DNA of 64,000 nt from IMG/VR virus record IMGVR_UViG_3300017912_003267; one strand, given 5' to 3'. The position numbers and the translations under genes were made by a program. Numbering within the stretch: the first letter of the stretch is position 1; every line of letters starts with the position of its first letter. Shown here one piece after another: positions 43,734 to 54,900 of the stretch. The DNA comes from an uncultured virus (IMG/VR IMGVR_UViG_3300017912_003267) (taxonomy: Duplodnaviria; Heunggongvirae; Uroviricota; Caudoviricetes). A model generated the notes under the pieces. That model saw nothing but the letters and a program-made list of their open reading frames with translations, was not told the origin of the DNA and did no database searches.

Positions 43734-46700
43734 ATGTCTGGCACTTTTGGATCCATAAAAGGTATCGATTCTTATTACAGAGCACAATGGCCTAGTGGTT
43801 GGATTAATTGGCACAATCATCTTCATAGCAACTCGACTAATCAAGAAGGTGGTAACTTAAACAGTCCAACATGGATTCGCTACGAAACAAATAAATGGTA
43901 CATGTTTAGTAGCACAAATGCTCAAGGAACTAATGGCGAGCAAATGAACTCATTGTATCGTCATTTCAACCCTACATCGGAAAATCATATTATCACTGGT
44001 AGTTCTTCTCCGCCAGGTGGTTATGTTGCTAATGGATTACTAGGAATTGTTTATAAGAACAATGGAGTTAATAGAGTACCTATATACAGATTTCGTAAAG
44101 AATATTTTACTACTACATCATATGGAGCCGCTCAAAAAAACAATACTGTAACAACCTCGGGGGTTGTCAAAAGAATTAAATTGAGAGCAACTAACAGTAC
44201 TAATCTTCAGGGTGGTACAATATGGTGTCCATACAACGTTTCTGGAGTGTATTGTGCCGTAATAAACGGTGCTGATACTAATACATCTTCTAATTCATCA
44301 GGTTGTATTGACCCCACCACTGGTTCTGGATATAGAAACTTTTCGTGGTCAAATATAAGTGGTGGAAGTGGATCTGGATTACTTACTCATATGAGGATAT
44401 TACCAGAACTTGGTAGCAGTGGTAACCCTAATAACTTGAGAGTCCAATATCCAGGAACTTGGTATAATTCTGGCGGTGGAGATTTTGGTGAAGGTGGTGT
44501 ATATTTCTCTGGTGGTTCTGGATACGCAGTTGGAGATGTTTTAAGACCAATTACTACTTGTGGTAGCTTTGATACTAACGCAAGCAACTTGTTTGAAGTT
44601 ACTGAGGTTGGGAGTTACAATACCACAACAACGGAGCAAATTAATCGAATAGACCATCGAACTTCTACGGATAGAATAGATACGTTGAATGATGGGTGGA
44701 TATATGAGGGAATTCAGGGATATGCTCCTCTAAGAAGAGGGGGTTGTACAGATTCGTCTGCTAACAATTATGATGCTTATGCCACAGAAGATAATGGGAC
44801 ATGTAGTTATACTGTTTATGGATGTACAGATTCTAACGCCGATAATTATGACTCAAATGCTGACGAAGATGATGGATCGTGTACATATACACCAGAATTT
44901 GAGTGGGGATTTCGTATAGCAAGCACTGCTCCAAGTGGAGGATTTTCTAATAATGTTATTGCTGATGAAGGAATGACATTTCAAATAAGACTTAAGTGGA
45001 GTAAAGCTAATGATATTAAAAACACTGGTTTTAGAGTAGGGTATGATTTTGATGAAAATGATCTTATTTCTACAGCATCTCTTAGTGATTTTAATGGTGG
45101 CACTAGTAATGAATATGCTATAACTACTAACAGTGGTTCAAAGCTTTACAATGTAACAGCATCTGAAGATATTTCTGTTGGTGAAGGCAATGAAGTAATG
45201 AGGGTGGACTTCTTTACTAAAACTTCAGCTAATTCTGCTAAATGGTTTCGAGCAGGAAGAACAATTACAATTAATGATAGTTCTTTTCAAATTCTTGGGT
45301 GTACAGATTCTACTGCCTTTAACTATAATTCTAGTGCTAATACTGATGATGGTAGTTGTGTGCCTTTTATCTATGGATGTACAGATCCAGAAGGTTATAA
45401 TTATAACAGTGATGCCAATACCGATGATGGTAGCTGTTTCTACGCTCCCGTACTCCAATCTGCTGAATTAGATCCAACAAATATTATATTACAGGGTGGA
45501 TCGACATCTGATGCTAGTGTAAGTTCCACCCTGAAAGTGAGATGGTTGGGTAATAGGAATAATTATACCACTGGAGATAATGGAACAAGCGATTTTATCA
45601 AAATTTATAGACAAACTACCCAAGGATATGGTTTTGAAGGGCATACTTTCGTAAGAGATTCATCTAGTTCAGAAATTACTTATATTGGTCCTGGTCCTGC
45701 TCCAGGTTATCAAGGTTTGTATGAATTTAGTGGGACTGTTACGTTAGAAAGAGACTATCGATCGGATACCGATGTCGTAACAAAAGTTCCACATGAATTT
45801 TCAATAACCACACATTTTTACAATGATGATACAAGTTCTTTTGAAGAGGGCGATAGAGATTTTGTTTTTCCTGGAACTGGTACATATTTTTGGCACAAAC
45901 CAGATGGAGTGACCTATACAGACCCTCAAATTGGTTATGATTATCAACAGATAGCTAGTTTTAAAGATAGGGAGACAAGGACACTAGTTTTCAAATATGT
46001 TGGATTTAATACTTTTAACACTATAAATGTGTATTGGGATATTGTAGGAGTTGGTGGACTTGTTACGGCAGCACAAGCTTTTGAAACAACATCGGGAGTG
46101 GTTTCAACTAGTCTTGATAACGATTCATATAATTATCAAGTTGGAACACTCAGTATTCCGTTAACTGCTTTAGCACCAGCAACTACTTCACCAACTAGTT
46201 ATCAACTTACACTTAGATTAAATAATTCTAATGGTGTTATTGCGTGGCAACAAACTTTTCAGTTAACTGAACCATCACCTGTAATGCTCACACCAAGTTT
46301 TACTAATTCAAATGGTGATGTCATAACTACTGTTCCTTTAAAAAATCAATATGTTGCTGATCATCCTTTCTATCATGTTATTGCTAATTGGTCGTATGAT
46401 ACTATTAGTGGTGGATTGCCATCAAGTCAGCAGTATCAAATTGTAAAAGTATCTGGTTGGAGTGGTACAAGTGGCACTATTCCTGTTGATGATCGTGTAT
46501 TTACATTCGACGATAATGCTTCTGGATCTGGTTTATTAAGAGAAACTTACACATCTCCAGCTCTAACACTTCCTGGCGATACCATTAGATTTATAGTTAG
46601 AGGTATTAATGATGGTGGATCATCAGGAACATTTGGAGATTTAGTGGCATATGATCCAGTAGTCATTAATAGTTATGGATATAGTCAAACAACAATTAAT

Positions 46701-49700
46701 AATGCTGTGGCGTACACAAGTACTGGAACACCTACGCTAAGAGCAGCTGTCGGGCAAGTTATTACTCTCGAATTTAATGTTCAATATCTATCTCAGTATG
46801 TGATCCAAAGAAAATTTGAAAATGATGTAGTAGATTTAACTACGGTTGGCGATCGTACTGCTAATGATTTTAGTAGTCCATCTTCGTTTTCTGGCACTCT
46901 TGATATCACTCAAGAATCTTTGCCAATTGGTGCTAGTGAACTTATTTTAAAAATCTATGGTCATGCTAATGATGTTAGAACCGAAAAAGTTATTGTTGAA
47001 TCTTATATACCTGTAACGTTAACAACAACTGTTACTGATAGTAATATTTCTGTTGGTGATTCTACTACTATAAATCTTCAATTTGGTGGTAGCACTGATG
47101 GTGATATTATAATGATGCCAGGAAACATTAGTATTCCAATACCAGAAACTGGCAATACTATACCTGTAGTAGTTACACCAGATATTACAACGAATTACAA
47201 ATTTACGTTGAATGGACTTGGTGGTGATACAACTGTTGCTTATAGAACTATTAATACATCATTACCACCACAAATTGATTATTTTGCTCCAACACAAAAT
47301 CCTATTCAAAAAGGAGATTCTTATGGAATATACTGGGGAGTTTCTGGAAACTATCAATCGATTGAGATTAATGGTGTATCAATGACAGGAAACTCTGGTA
47401 CTTATACACAGGCTGCTCCTAATGTAGATGATGATATAACACATGTAATAACAGTTGTTGGAATTCTTGGACAAACAATACAAGAATCTTTTACTGTAAC
47501 TATTAAAGACATTTTTTATGGTAGTGATACCGAAGGTGCTGAAAACATTTTGTTTAATGAAATTGTTAGAGGTGGAGACTTAGATCCAGCAACCACTCCC
47601 CAGACAATAGTTATTCCATTTAATAATCTTAATACAGTAATTAGTGTTTGTAGTGCTGCTGGTGGCGATGGAGCTCCATCTGGAAGTTCTCCCACAACAA
47701 CTGGAGGTGCGGGAGGAAAGGGTTTTGGAGCAACATTTGATTGGCCAGATTTTAATTCATCTTCATTACAAGTAAACCCTGGACAAAAGGGTCAGACGAG
47801 AACTACATCTTGTACATCTTGTTCTAGTAATGGTGGTCTTGGATTATATGGTGGAGCTCCGTCTGGAACTGTAGCATCAGGTGGTAGCGGTGGTGGTGGC
47901 GGAGCAGCCACTGGTGTTTATGAAGGCGATAATCAAACTGTTATTATTGAAGCTGGTGGCGGCGGTGGAGGCGGTGGAGCTTCTTTGGGTGGATACAGTG
48001 GATTAAGTGGTCAACGATCTATCGGATGGAATGCAACAACAGGAAATATAGGGCATTCTGTTGGTGCTATTGGTGGTAATGCCAATCCAAGTGGAGGCGG
48101 ATCTGGTGGAGGTGACGGCGGAGGGGGAACTTCGTCAACTAACACACCATCATTAACTTCATCTTCTGGTGGTTATGATAATAACACAGCTGCTGAAGGC
48201 GGTGAGGGTGGACTGAGCATATATCGTAATGATCTTGTCACACTTCGAGCTAATATTCCTGGATTCCCTACAACCAATTTATCTCCTTTATCTACTTATG
48301 GTGATGGTTGGGTATGGGTACAATATGTTACTGGTGTTCCAAAAATTGTTTCATTTACTGTAACACCAGTAGATAATGTTGGGTCAAATATCTTTGATAT
48401 AAGTTGGGAAACTGAAGGGATGCTTAATGTTGTAGTTAGACAAGACGGAGCAAATATTACTCTTGATGATCAAAGTCTTTCAGGAGAATACATCGGATGG
48501 TCATCTAATTTAGTTTCTATCGCTGGTGTTGTATCTCCAGCAACAGATTCCTTCACGATCACTGCTAATGGATATGATTCTAACGTATATACCCAAACAA
48601 TTAATGTAACCGTAGTTAATGATTCTACTCCAGATACAGATAACTGGCAAACGACAAATGAGACAAACCCAAGTATACAAATTGAACAGAACTTAGGAAA
48701 TCTTATTTCGGAATTGCCTGTTACCTTATACAATCAACCACTGTCTGGTGTATCACTCGGACCATCAAATAATGGTCCGTGGAGTAATGAATATACCTTC
48801 CAACCAGGACAAGTTGTTTGGATTAGATATTTCTCTCTGCCGTTTAATACTGATGTTACTGATCAAACAACAGGAGAACTTCTAACTGGTTTGTATGGAA
48901 ATACAAATGATAAACCAATTGAAATATATGCTGGAGGTAGATGGTTCCCAGAATTAGAAGGAACATCTATTGTTGTTAGTGGCGCTGGTCCATATGGTGA
49001 AGCAGGTAAAGGAGAATTGGGTGGATTTGTCGCTCCAGGTGAAACGAGGGGTATATTATTGATGGGTTCTTATGGTGATACAGAACACACTCCTGTTAGA
49101 ACTGCTACATGGTCTAAAAATACAACCAATGTTAATGAAATCCGTATTAATCATATTTCTGGTAATGGTAGTAATGGTGGAGAAAGTCCTAATGACGAAA
49201 ACGAAGTTTTAGAATTAGTTATTGATCCCAACGATGGTACAACACCTAGAGTTGTTGAGATTGTGCCCAAAAGATCTAGTGTAACAAAACCAGCTACAAG
49301 TAGATACTTTATTTCTGGTAATGTTCCCCAATATTATCCATGTGCTGGTCGTCCAGGTGCTACACTTACTGCTATTTCATATAATAGTGACAGGTCAGTC
49401 GTATTTTGTTGGTACAGCGAAACTTACCAAGTTAATGATTATGATCAACAATATGGAAACTGGAAGCAGACGGGAGTTCCTTTGCTATCCAATGAAAAAG
49501 TCTCGAATTGTACTTTTACATTAAGATCTTATGGAAGTAATCCAGAATTTAGTAATGCTATTCCGTCAAGTATAGCAGCGAATAATAAGAATGCTGGAGA
49601 TCTTTTTGCCATTAATCAAATTATATATGTGGAATCAAATGGAAATACATCTAGCGATCAACCAGGAACATTCCGAGTTGATTTTTTAGCTAAAACAAGA

Positions 49701-49937
49701 CCACCTGTTATACATGAAGACTTTGATTATGTAGGAACAGTTAATGTTGACGCATTTCCTGATATTGATTTTAATGATCAAAATTCCGTAGAATATATGT
49801 TAAGTAATTCTATTCAAGTTGATGATATTGAACTTTTTAGAAGTGATCAAGCATTAGAAATCAGATCAGATGATCCAAATGTTCAAGTAAAAATAAATAG
49901 TTTACCTTGGCAAAATGTTAGAGAAATTGAAGAATAA
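43734..49937 (+). CDS. Large virion structural protein (2067 aa)
   Basis: GCTD..A.NY...A..DDGSC repeats, Ig-like and Gly-rich segments. Confidence 0.8.
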   Translation: MSGTFGSIKGIDSYYRAQWPSGWINWHNHLHSNSTNQEGGNLNSPTWIRYETNKWYMFSSTNAQGTNGEQMNSLYRHFNPTSENHIITGSSSPPGGYVANGLLGIVYKNNGVNRVPIYRFRKEYFTTTSYGAAQKNNTVTTSGVVKRIKLRATNSTNLQGGTIWCPYNVSGVYCAVINGADTNTSSNSSGCIDPTTGSGYRNFSWSNISGGSGSGLLTHMRILPELGSSGNPNNLRVQYPGTWYNSGGGDFGEGGVYFSGGSGYAVGDVLRPITTCGSFDTNASNLFEVTEVGSYNTTTTEQINRIDHRTSTDRIDTLNDGWIYEGIQGYAPLRRGGCTDSSANNYDAYATEDNGTCSYTVYGCTDSNADNYDSNADEDDGSCTYTPEFEWGFRIASTAPSGGFSNNVIADEGMTFQIRLKWSKANDIKNTGFRVGYDFDENDLISTASLSDFNGGTSNEYAITTNSGSKLYNVTASEDISVGEGNEVMRVDFFTKTSANSAKWFRAGRTITINDSSFQILGCTDSTAFNYNSSANTDDGSCVPFIYGCTDPEGYNYNSDANTDDGSCFYAPVLQSAELDPTNIILQGGSTSDASVSSTLKVRWLGNRNNYTTGDNGTSDFIKIYRQTTQGYGFEGHTFVRDSSSSEITYIGPGPAPGYQGLYEFSGTVTLERDYRSDTDVVTKVPHEFSITTHFYNDDTSSFEEGDRDFVFPGTGTYFWHKPDGVTYTDPQIGYDYQQIASFKDRETRTLVFKYVGFNTFNTINVYWDIVGVGGLVTAAQAFETTSGVVSTSLDNDSYNYQVGTLSIPLTALAPATTSPTSYQLTLRLNNSNGVIAWQQTFQLTEPSPVMLTPSFTNSNGDVITTVPLKNQYVADHPFYHVIANWSYDTISGGLPSSQQYQIVKVSGWSGTSGTIPVDDRVFTFDDNASGSGLLRETYTSPALTLPGDTIRFIVRGINDGGSSGTFGDLVAYDPVVINSYGYSQTTINNAVAYTSTGTPTLRAAVGQVITLEFNVQYLSQYVIQRKFENDVVDLTTVGDRTANDFSSPSSFSGTLDITQESLPIGASELILKIYGHANDVRTEKVIVESYIPVTLTTTVTDSNISVGDSTTINLQFGGSTDGDIIMMPGNISIPIPETGNTIPVVVTPDITTNYKFTLNGLGGDTTVAYRTINTSLPPQIDYFAPTQNPIQKGDSYGIYWGVSGNYQSIEINGVSMTGNSGTYTQAAPNVDDDITHVITVVGILGQTIQESFTVTIKDIFYGSDTEGAENILFNEIVRGGDLDPATTPQTIVIPFNNLNTVISVCSAAGGDGAPSGSSPTTTGGAGGKGFGATFDWPDFNSSSLQVNPGQKGQTRTTSCTSCSSNGGLGLYGGAPSGTVASGGSGGGGGAATGVYEGDNQTVIIEAGGGGGGGGASLGGYSGLSGQRSIGWNATTGNIGHSVGAIGGNANPSGGGSGGGDGGGGTSSTNTPSLTSSSGGYDNNTAAEGGEGGLSIYRNDLVTLRANIPGFPTTNLSPLSTYGDGWVWVQYVTGVPKIVSFTVTPVDNVGSNIFDISWETEGMLNVVVRQDGANITLDDQSLSGEYIGWSSNLVSIAGVVSPATDSFTITANGYDSNVYTQTINVTVVNDSTPDTDNWQTTNETNPSIQIEQNLGNLISELPVTLYNQPLSGVSLGPSNNGPWSNEYTFQPGQVVWIRYFSLPFNTDVTDQTTGELLTGLYGNTNDKPIEIYAGGRWFPELEGTSIVVSGAGPYGEAGKGELGGFVAPGETRGILLMGSYGDTEHTPVRTATWSKNTTNVNEIRINHISGNGSNGGESPNDENEVLELVIDPNDGTTPRVVEIVPKRSSVTKPATSRYFISGNVPQYYPCAGRPGATLTAISYNSDRSVVFCWYSETYQVNDYDQQYGNWKQTGVPLLSNEKVSNCTFTLRSYGSNPEFSNAIPSSIAANNKNAGDLFAINQIIYVESNGNTSSDQPGTFRVDFLAKTRPPVIHEDFDYVGTVNVDAFPDIDFNDQNSVEYMLSNSIQVDDIELFRSDQALEIRSDDPNVQVKINSLPWQNVREIEE

Positions 49938-51523
49938 TGTCTACTGAAGCAAAAAATTACAATTCAAGCAATTCAAACGGTGGTTCTGCTACTGTAAATA
50001 TAGGTACTCGGGCTAGGGATATCACATTTTATGTGAGGGGTGGTAGAGGTGGTATAGGTGGTGCTGACGCAAGCGATGGTGGCGGCAATCCTGGATCTGG
50101 TCAATATTCATATTTCACTGTAAAATCGGCATATTGGTATACAAATTTCTCTAACTGTACTGTCTACATGGGTGGTAGAGGTGGTAATGGTACTAATAAT
50201 CAAGGTGGCGCTCCTGGTGGCGGTGGTGGTCCTGCTGGAATTAGTAGTGGAGGTCCAGGTGGCAATGCTCGCCCAGCACCCTATTCTGGTGGTGGCGGAG
50301 GTGGAGGTGGCGCTTCTGGCGTAACCTCTCCTGGAGGAACTCTTATTGTTGTTGGTGGATCTGGTGGTGGTGGTGGCGCATCGCTTAATCGCCCTGGTGG
50401 AGGTGGAGGCGCTGCTGGTGGTCCATCAGGTGTTGGTGGTTACGTCACCAGCAATTCTAATGGTGGTCAAGGTGGCAGTGCAGGAGGTGGTGACGGTGGC
50501 GGCGGAGGTGGCGGCGGTGCTGGTGCTAGCGGCGGACCTGGCGGTGGCGTTGGCGAAGACCGAGGGGCAACCGCTGGCGGTGGTACTGGCGGAGGATCTC
50601 AATATAATTCTACAATTTTAGACAAAGGGGCGAGTGGTTCCACTAATGAAAATTATGGACAGGTTGTTGTTTCGTGGACCGTAGTTACTCCTGAATTAAG
50701 ACAATTTTACGCTACACCAAATCCTGCTGTTGGCACTAATACAACAACATTAAGTTGGGACGTTGCTGATAGTACATTTACGACGTTGACTCTTCCCACT
50801 GGTCAAACCGTTGATGTTACTGGATCCACATCATATACTTACAATAGTCTGCCAAGTTCAAATGTTGAATCTGGTAATAGTCCAGCATCTGCTTCGTTTA
50901 CATTGAGAACTGGTATATCATCTTATGTTTTAGCATCTACTCTAAATGTTGATTCGAGAACCGATGGTGCTATTTCTGGTACTGGTACTTGGAATACATC
51001 TTGGAGTGGATTAGAACCAAATACAGCATATGATAGAGAAGTTGGAGAAATTAGCGGTATTGATATCAATATTACAGTGACATCACCAAATAATGTTTTC
51101 TTTAGTAAAAACGGTTTAGCATGGTCTGCTTCACTGACCGTATCAAATGGCGATACTTTATATGTTAGGTTTACATCACCGCCATTTAATACTTCATTAG
51201 ATGATATATCTCCCTCAGCTACTTTTGGAAATACTAATTCAGAAACGTTTCAAGTTAACATTGGTAGCAATTATACTGCCAATTGGACTATGACTACGAG
51301 AGCGCCAAGAATTAAGCAAAGCTTTGATTTCATTGGAGGCACAAGTAATTTGTATCCAAATCCTGATATTGATTTTGATCCTGGTGATCCATCTACTCAT
51401 CTGCTGTCAAATAGTATCACATTTGATGATATTGAAATTGATGTTCCGATTAAATCTAATAATGAAAATATTCAAGTAAAAATAAATAGTCAAGATTGGC
51501 AAGATGTACAGGAGATCACATGA
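49937..51523 (+). CDS. Glycine-rich virion structural protein
   Basis: 528 aa; same architecture as 42144-43730. Confidence 0.78.
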   Translation: MSTEAKNYNSSNSNGGSATVNIGTRARDITFYVRGGRGGIGGADASDGGGNPGSGQYSYFTVKSAYWYTNFSNCTVYMGGRGGNGTNNQGGAPGGGGGPAGISSGGPGGNARPAPYSGGGGGGGGASGVTSPGGTLIVVGGSGGGGGASLNRPGGGGGAAGGPSGVGGYVTSNSNGGQGGSAGGGDGGGGGGGGAGASGGPGGGVGEDRGATAGGGTGGGSQYNSTILDKGASGSTNENYGQVVVSWTVVTPELRQFYATPNPAVGTNTTTLSWDVADSTFTTLTLPTGQTVDVTGSTSYTYNSLPSSNVESGNSPASASFTLRTGISSYVLASTLNVDSRTDGAISGTGTWNTSWSGLEPNTAYDREVGEISGIDINITVTSPNNVFFSKNGLAWSASLTVSNGDTLYVRFTSPPFNTSLDDISPSATFGNTNSETFQVNIGSNYTANWTMTTRAPRIKQSFDFIGGTSNLYPNPDIDFDPGDPSTHLLSNSITFDDIEIDVPIKSNNENIQVKINSQDWQDVQEIT

Positions 51524-51735
51524 GCTTTGAAAGAAGACAGACTTTAAATACTATTAAATTAATACCACATGCTAAACAAGTCGCTATAGATATTGCGCAA
51601 GAAATATTAGTTGATGGTGAAGTAACCCAAACATATTCGATTCAACGTTTTTATGTAAAGGGAGAATCTATTACAGACGAAGAACCATTAGTACAAACTA
51701 TTGTCAATCATTTTTGGAGTCAGTTTGATGAGTAA
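51520..51735 (+). CDS. Hypothetical protein
   Basis: GGAGA SD and ATGA overlap at 51520. Confidence 0.65.
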   Translation: MSFERRQTLNTIKLIPHAKQVAIDIAQEILVDGEVTQTYSIQRFYVKGESITDEEPLVQTIVNHFWSQFDE

Positions 51736-51916
51736 GAGAAAATTTCCTGCTTTATATAATTTACAACCAAACGATTATTATAAGTCTAATCGTTTTACGG
51801 TTGATGGCGACATGAAAGAGATTACATCCGATAAACCTATTCAAGTTAGGATTAACAATGGTCCATGGATTAATGTTAGACCTAGTGACCTAAATAAAAT
51901 GAAGGATAATAAGTGA
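51728..51916 (+). CDS. Small protein resembling the shared C-terminal module
   Basis: ITSDKPIQVRINNGPWINVR matches the C-termini of the three upstream genes. Confidence 0.6.
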   Translation: MSKRKFPALYNLQPNDYYKSNRFTVDGDMKEITSDKPIQVRINNGPWINVRPSDLNKMKDNK

Positions 51917-51925
51917 AGATAGTCC

Positions 51926-54900
51926 ATGCCTTTTAGTACCGATCCAGTATACGTAGGAAATGGCGATACCATCCAAATCAGATATCCAACTCCATCGACA
52001 TGGAATACGTCCGTTACTGTTGATATTCAAATTGGTACTGGTTTTGACGAGGAAGGTGGAGATGGGGATGGTGTAACATTTTCCACTAAAATTCCTAATG
52101 TAAATGTTACTCAGTTTAGTTTTAATGACCAGCAAGGTTATGCTGAGCAAGCTACTATTAGTAATGGAAATGTATCCGTTGGCAGTACACTAACAACATT
52201 TCTTCCAAGCACTAGATATTATTCCAATGTTGTTGAACTTGATGGATTTGAAATTCCTTTAGATGCTGCTGTTTCGGCAACATCTAACGGACCACTTGGA
52301 AATAATGCCAATACTACGGCAAGATTTAGAATTCTTAGAGATGGATCTTTTGGAAATTGGAAAACTTCTATTAGTGCCGATTTGGATGATCTTTCTACAG
52401 GCGTACAACCTGGAGATAAGATTCAGTTGAGAGTTGATGTACCAGCATCTTATGTCACAACCCAAGCTGTTACTTTCACAGTTAGTGATACAAATATTCC
52501 TGGTAAAACTTGGCCAGATGATACGGAAGTTACTGATACTTGGCATTTTACTAGTAGGGCACAAGATCAACAACCATCAGCATTTTCTTTTCAGGATAGA
52601 GTAGATGAAGTTCCATATAATGTAGCTACAGAAAATAGAAGCACTGGAATACAATATTATTACAAATATGTAGATATTGAAACAAGACCAATTGCTAGTT
52701 CTGATACAACTGGTATTGACTATGATGCTGTTCTCAGGTGTAGAACTACTAATAATTTACAAGTATATCTAGATCAAGGTTCAACGGTTGAGCAGGCGGA
52801 TCTGCCTAGTAGTGGGTGGACAACTAATACTGGCAATACAGTTGTTGCTGGCGATAGATTGTGGTTTAGGTTACCAGTTGGAACTGGATTTACAAATAAG
52901 AGAACTGGTAGTGTAACACTTGATTCGGTTGGTGGTGCTACTTATAGTAGAGGAGGAAATAATTACGAAAATGTTAGTGCTGGCACTTTTGGTACGGGCG
53001 ATTATGCTGTCACACAATCATTAGGAACTTTTACTAATGATTGGCAGATTTGGACAGAGGTTGATAGATATCCAAATGCTATTGACACAGCTACTAACGC
53101 CTCTCAAGTTTACACTTATGGTGTGAAATTTGATATCTCTAGTGCTGGTACGGGATATGTTCTAAATCAAGAATATACAACAACTACTTTAACTGGATCT
53201 GGATCTGGGTTAAAGTTGAAACTGGTTGCTGGTGGGCAGGTTAATGATGCTCCATCTTTTATTCAAGGTTCTACTATTAAAGATAATATTCAAGTTACTG
53301 ATCCTGGATATGGATACAGTGTAGGTGACCAAATTAGAGTAAATGGTGGTAGTGTTAATGTTACTTTGACATTTGCTGAATATCAAAAAGTATATGTAAC
53401 ATCCGATGGTTCTTTTAGTGCTACTACAGAACCTGGATTTATGTACTTCACTGATTTTAATGTCAATGGTCTTGGTACAGAATATCCTTCTGGTACATAT
53501 AGTGACTTAACTAATGGTGCTAATGGATTAATTACTACTGTCGCTCAAGCCCAAGCATATGCTAATGCCTTAAATGGAGACACTGTTAGATTAGAAGCCC
53601 AATGTGTCGGGGGGAATGGATTAATCAGAAAAAATAACACTGGTGATTGGGTTAATGTTGTTTCAGTTGAAAATGGAGATGTCATTAATTTTAAGATGCC
53701 ATCTGATAATAATTATAATGGTGTTAATACAGCAACAGTTGAGCTATTAGGTCCACCACAACCGCCACCAGACCAAAATTTACCTACTGGTGGACCCTCA
53801 CCATCCTATGACAATAAAGATGTAACAATTACTCTTACCACTAGAGGTGTTAGACAACTTCCATTCCCTTTTCATGCTACTCCTGTATTTTTGTCCAATC
53901 CTCTTCAACAACATACGGCCGAAGTAAAAATTACTGGTATTGATATTGGACAGCAAGTTACTGTAAGAAGAATTGGAACTACCGTAGGTGGAGTTTCAAC
54001 ATCACCTAGCGGACCATTTTTGGCATCAACAACATTTGCTTTAAATCAAATTTATGATGAATCAATTTTATATGTAAGAACTGAAGCATCTGAAGTTAGT
54101 GGAGGTGTAACAGAATTTCAGTATCAGTTCGTAGCTGATGATGGATCTGTAATGAATGATGTTTTTAGAGTATATACTAGAGAGTTTTCAGAAGAGCAAG
54201 GAAATGCTCCCAATTATTCTGTTTCTGGTGGTTCAGTTGGATATTCTAACGTGTTTATACCAAGTTATGCTCAAAGTGGATTTTATGTGACATTAGTTGG
54301 AGCTGGTGGTGGTAATGGTGGTTGTGATGCCCCCGTATCTGTTGGTGGTGGTGGTCAATCTGGAGAACTTATTAAAGTAAGATTATCATTGACAGATGAT
54401 GACTGGGTAACTACTTCTGGTTCTGGTGCTGTAAATAGAATTATTCGTGTATATGCTGGTTCCAAAGGAGAAGATGGTGTTGATTTTACAAGTGGTGGTG
54501 CTGGAGGAGCTGGTGGCACTGGATTCTTAGAAGGAGGTGATGGCGGTCAAGCGGGTCCTGGCACTGCCGCTGAGCCAGGTGATAGATCTGGTGGAGGTGG
54601 CGGTGGCGGTGGTGCCACTGGCGTTACATTAGAAGATGGCACGGTCCTCGCTTGGGCTGGTGGAGGCGGCGGTGGAGCTGGCGCTGGTAATGATACTTTG
54701 CCACCCGAAGATGATGAACATGGCAATGGAACTGGATCATTAATTCAGTCTGGAGTACAATCAAATTTCAGTTTCAATGGAGAAAATGGCGCTAATAATA
54801 CCACTGTTGGTGGTGGAGGTGGTGGCGCTGGTGGTGGTTTTATTGGCGGTGGCGGTGGTCTTAAAACCACTCCAGATCAATTCGGCAACACAGATATGGA

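Noticed and set aside
50030..50600. GGT/GGC-rich stretch as a tandem repeat or diversity-generating target
   Set aside because: Explained by poly-glycine coding; no template/variable repeat pair or reverse transcriptase seen.
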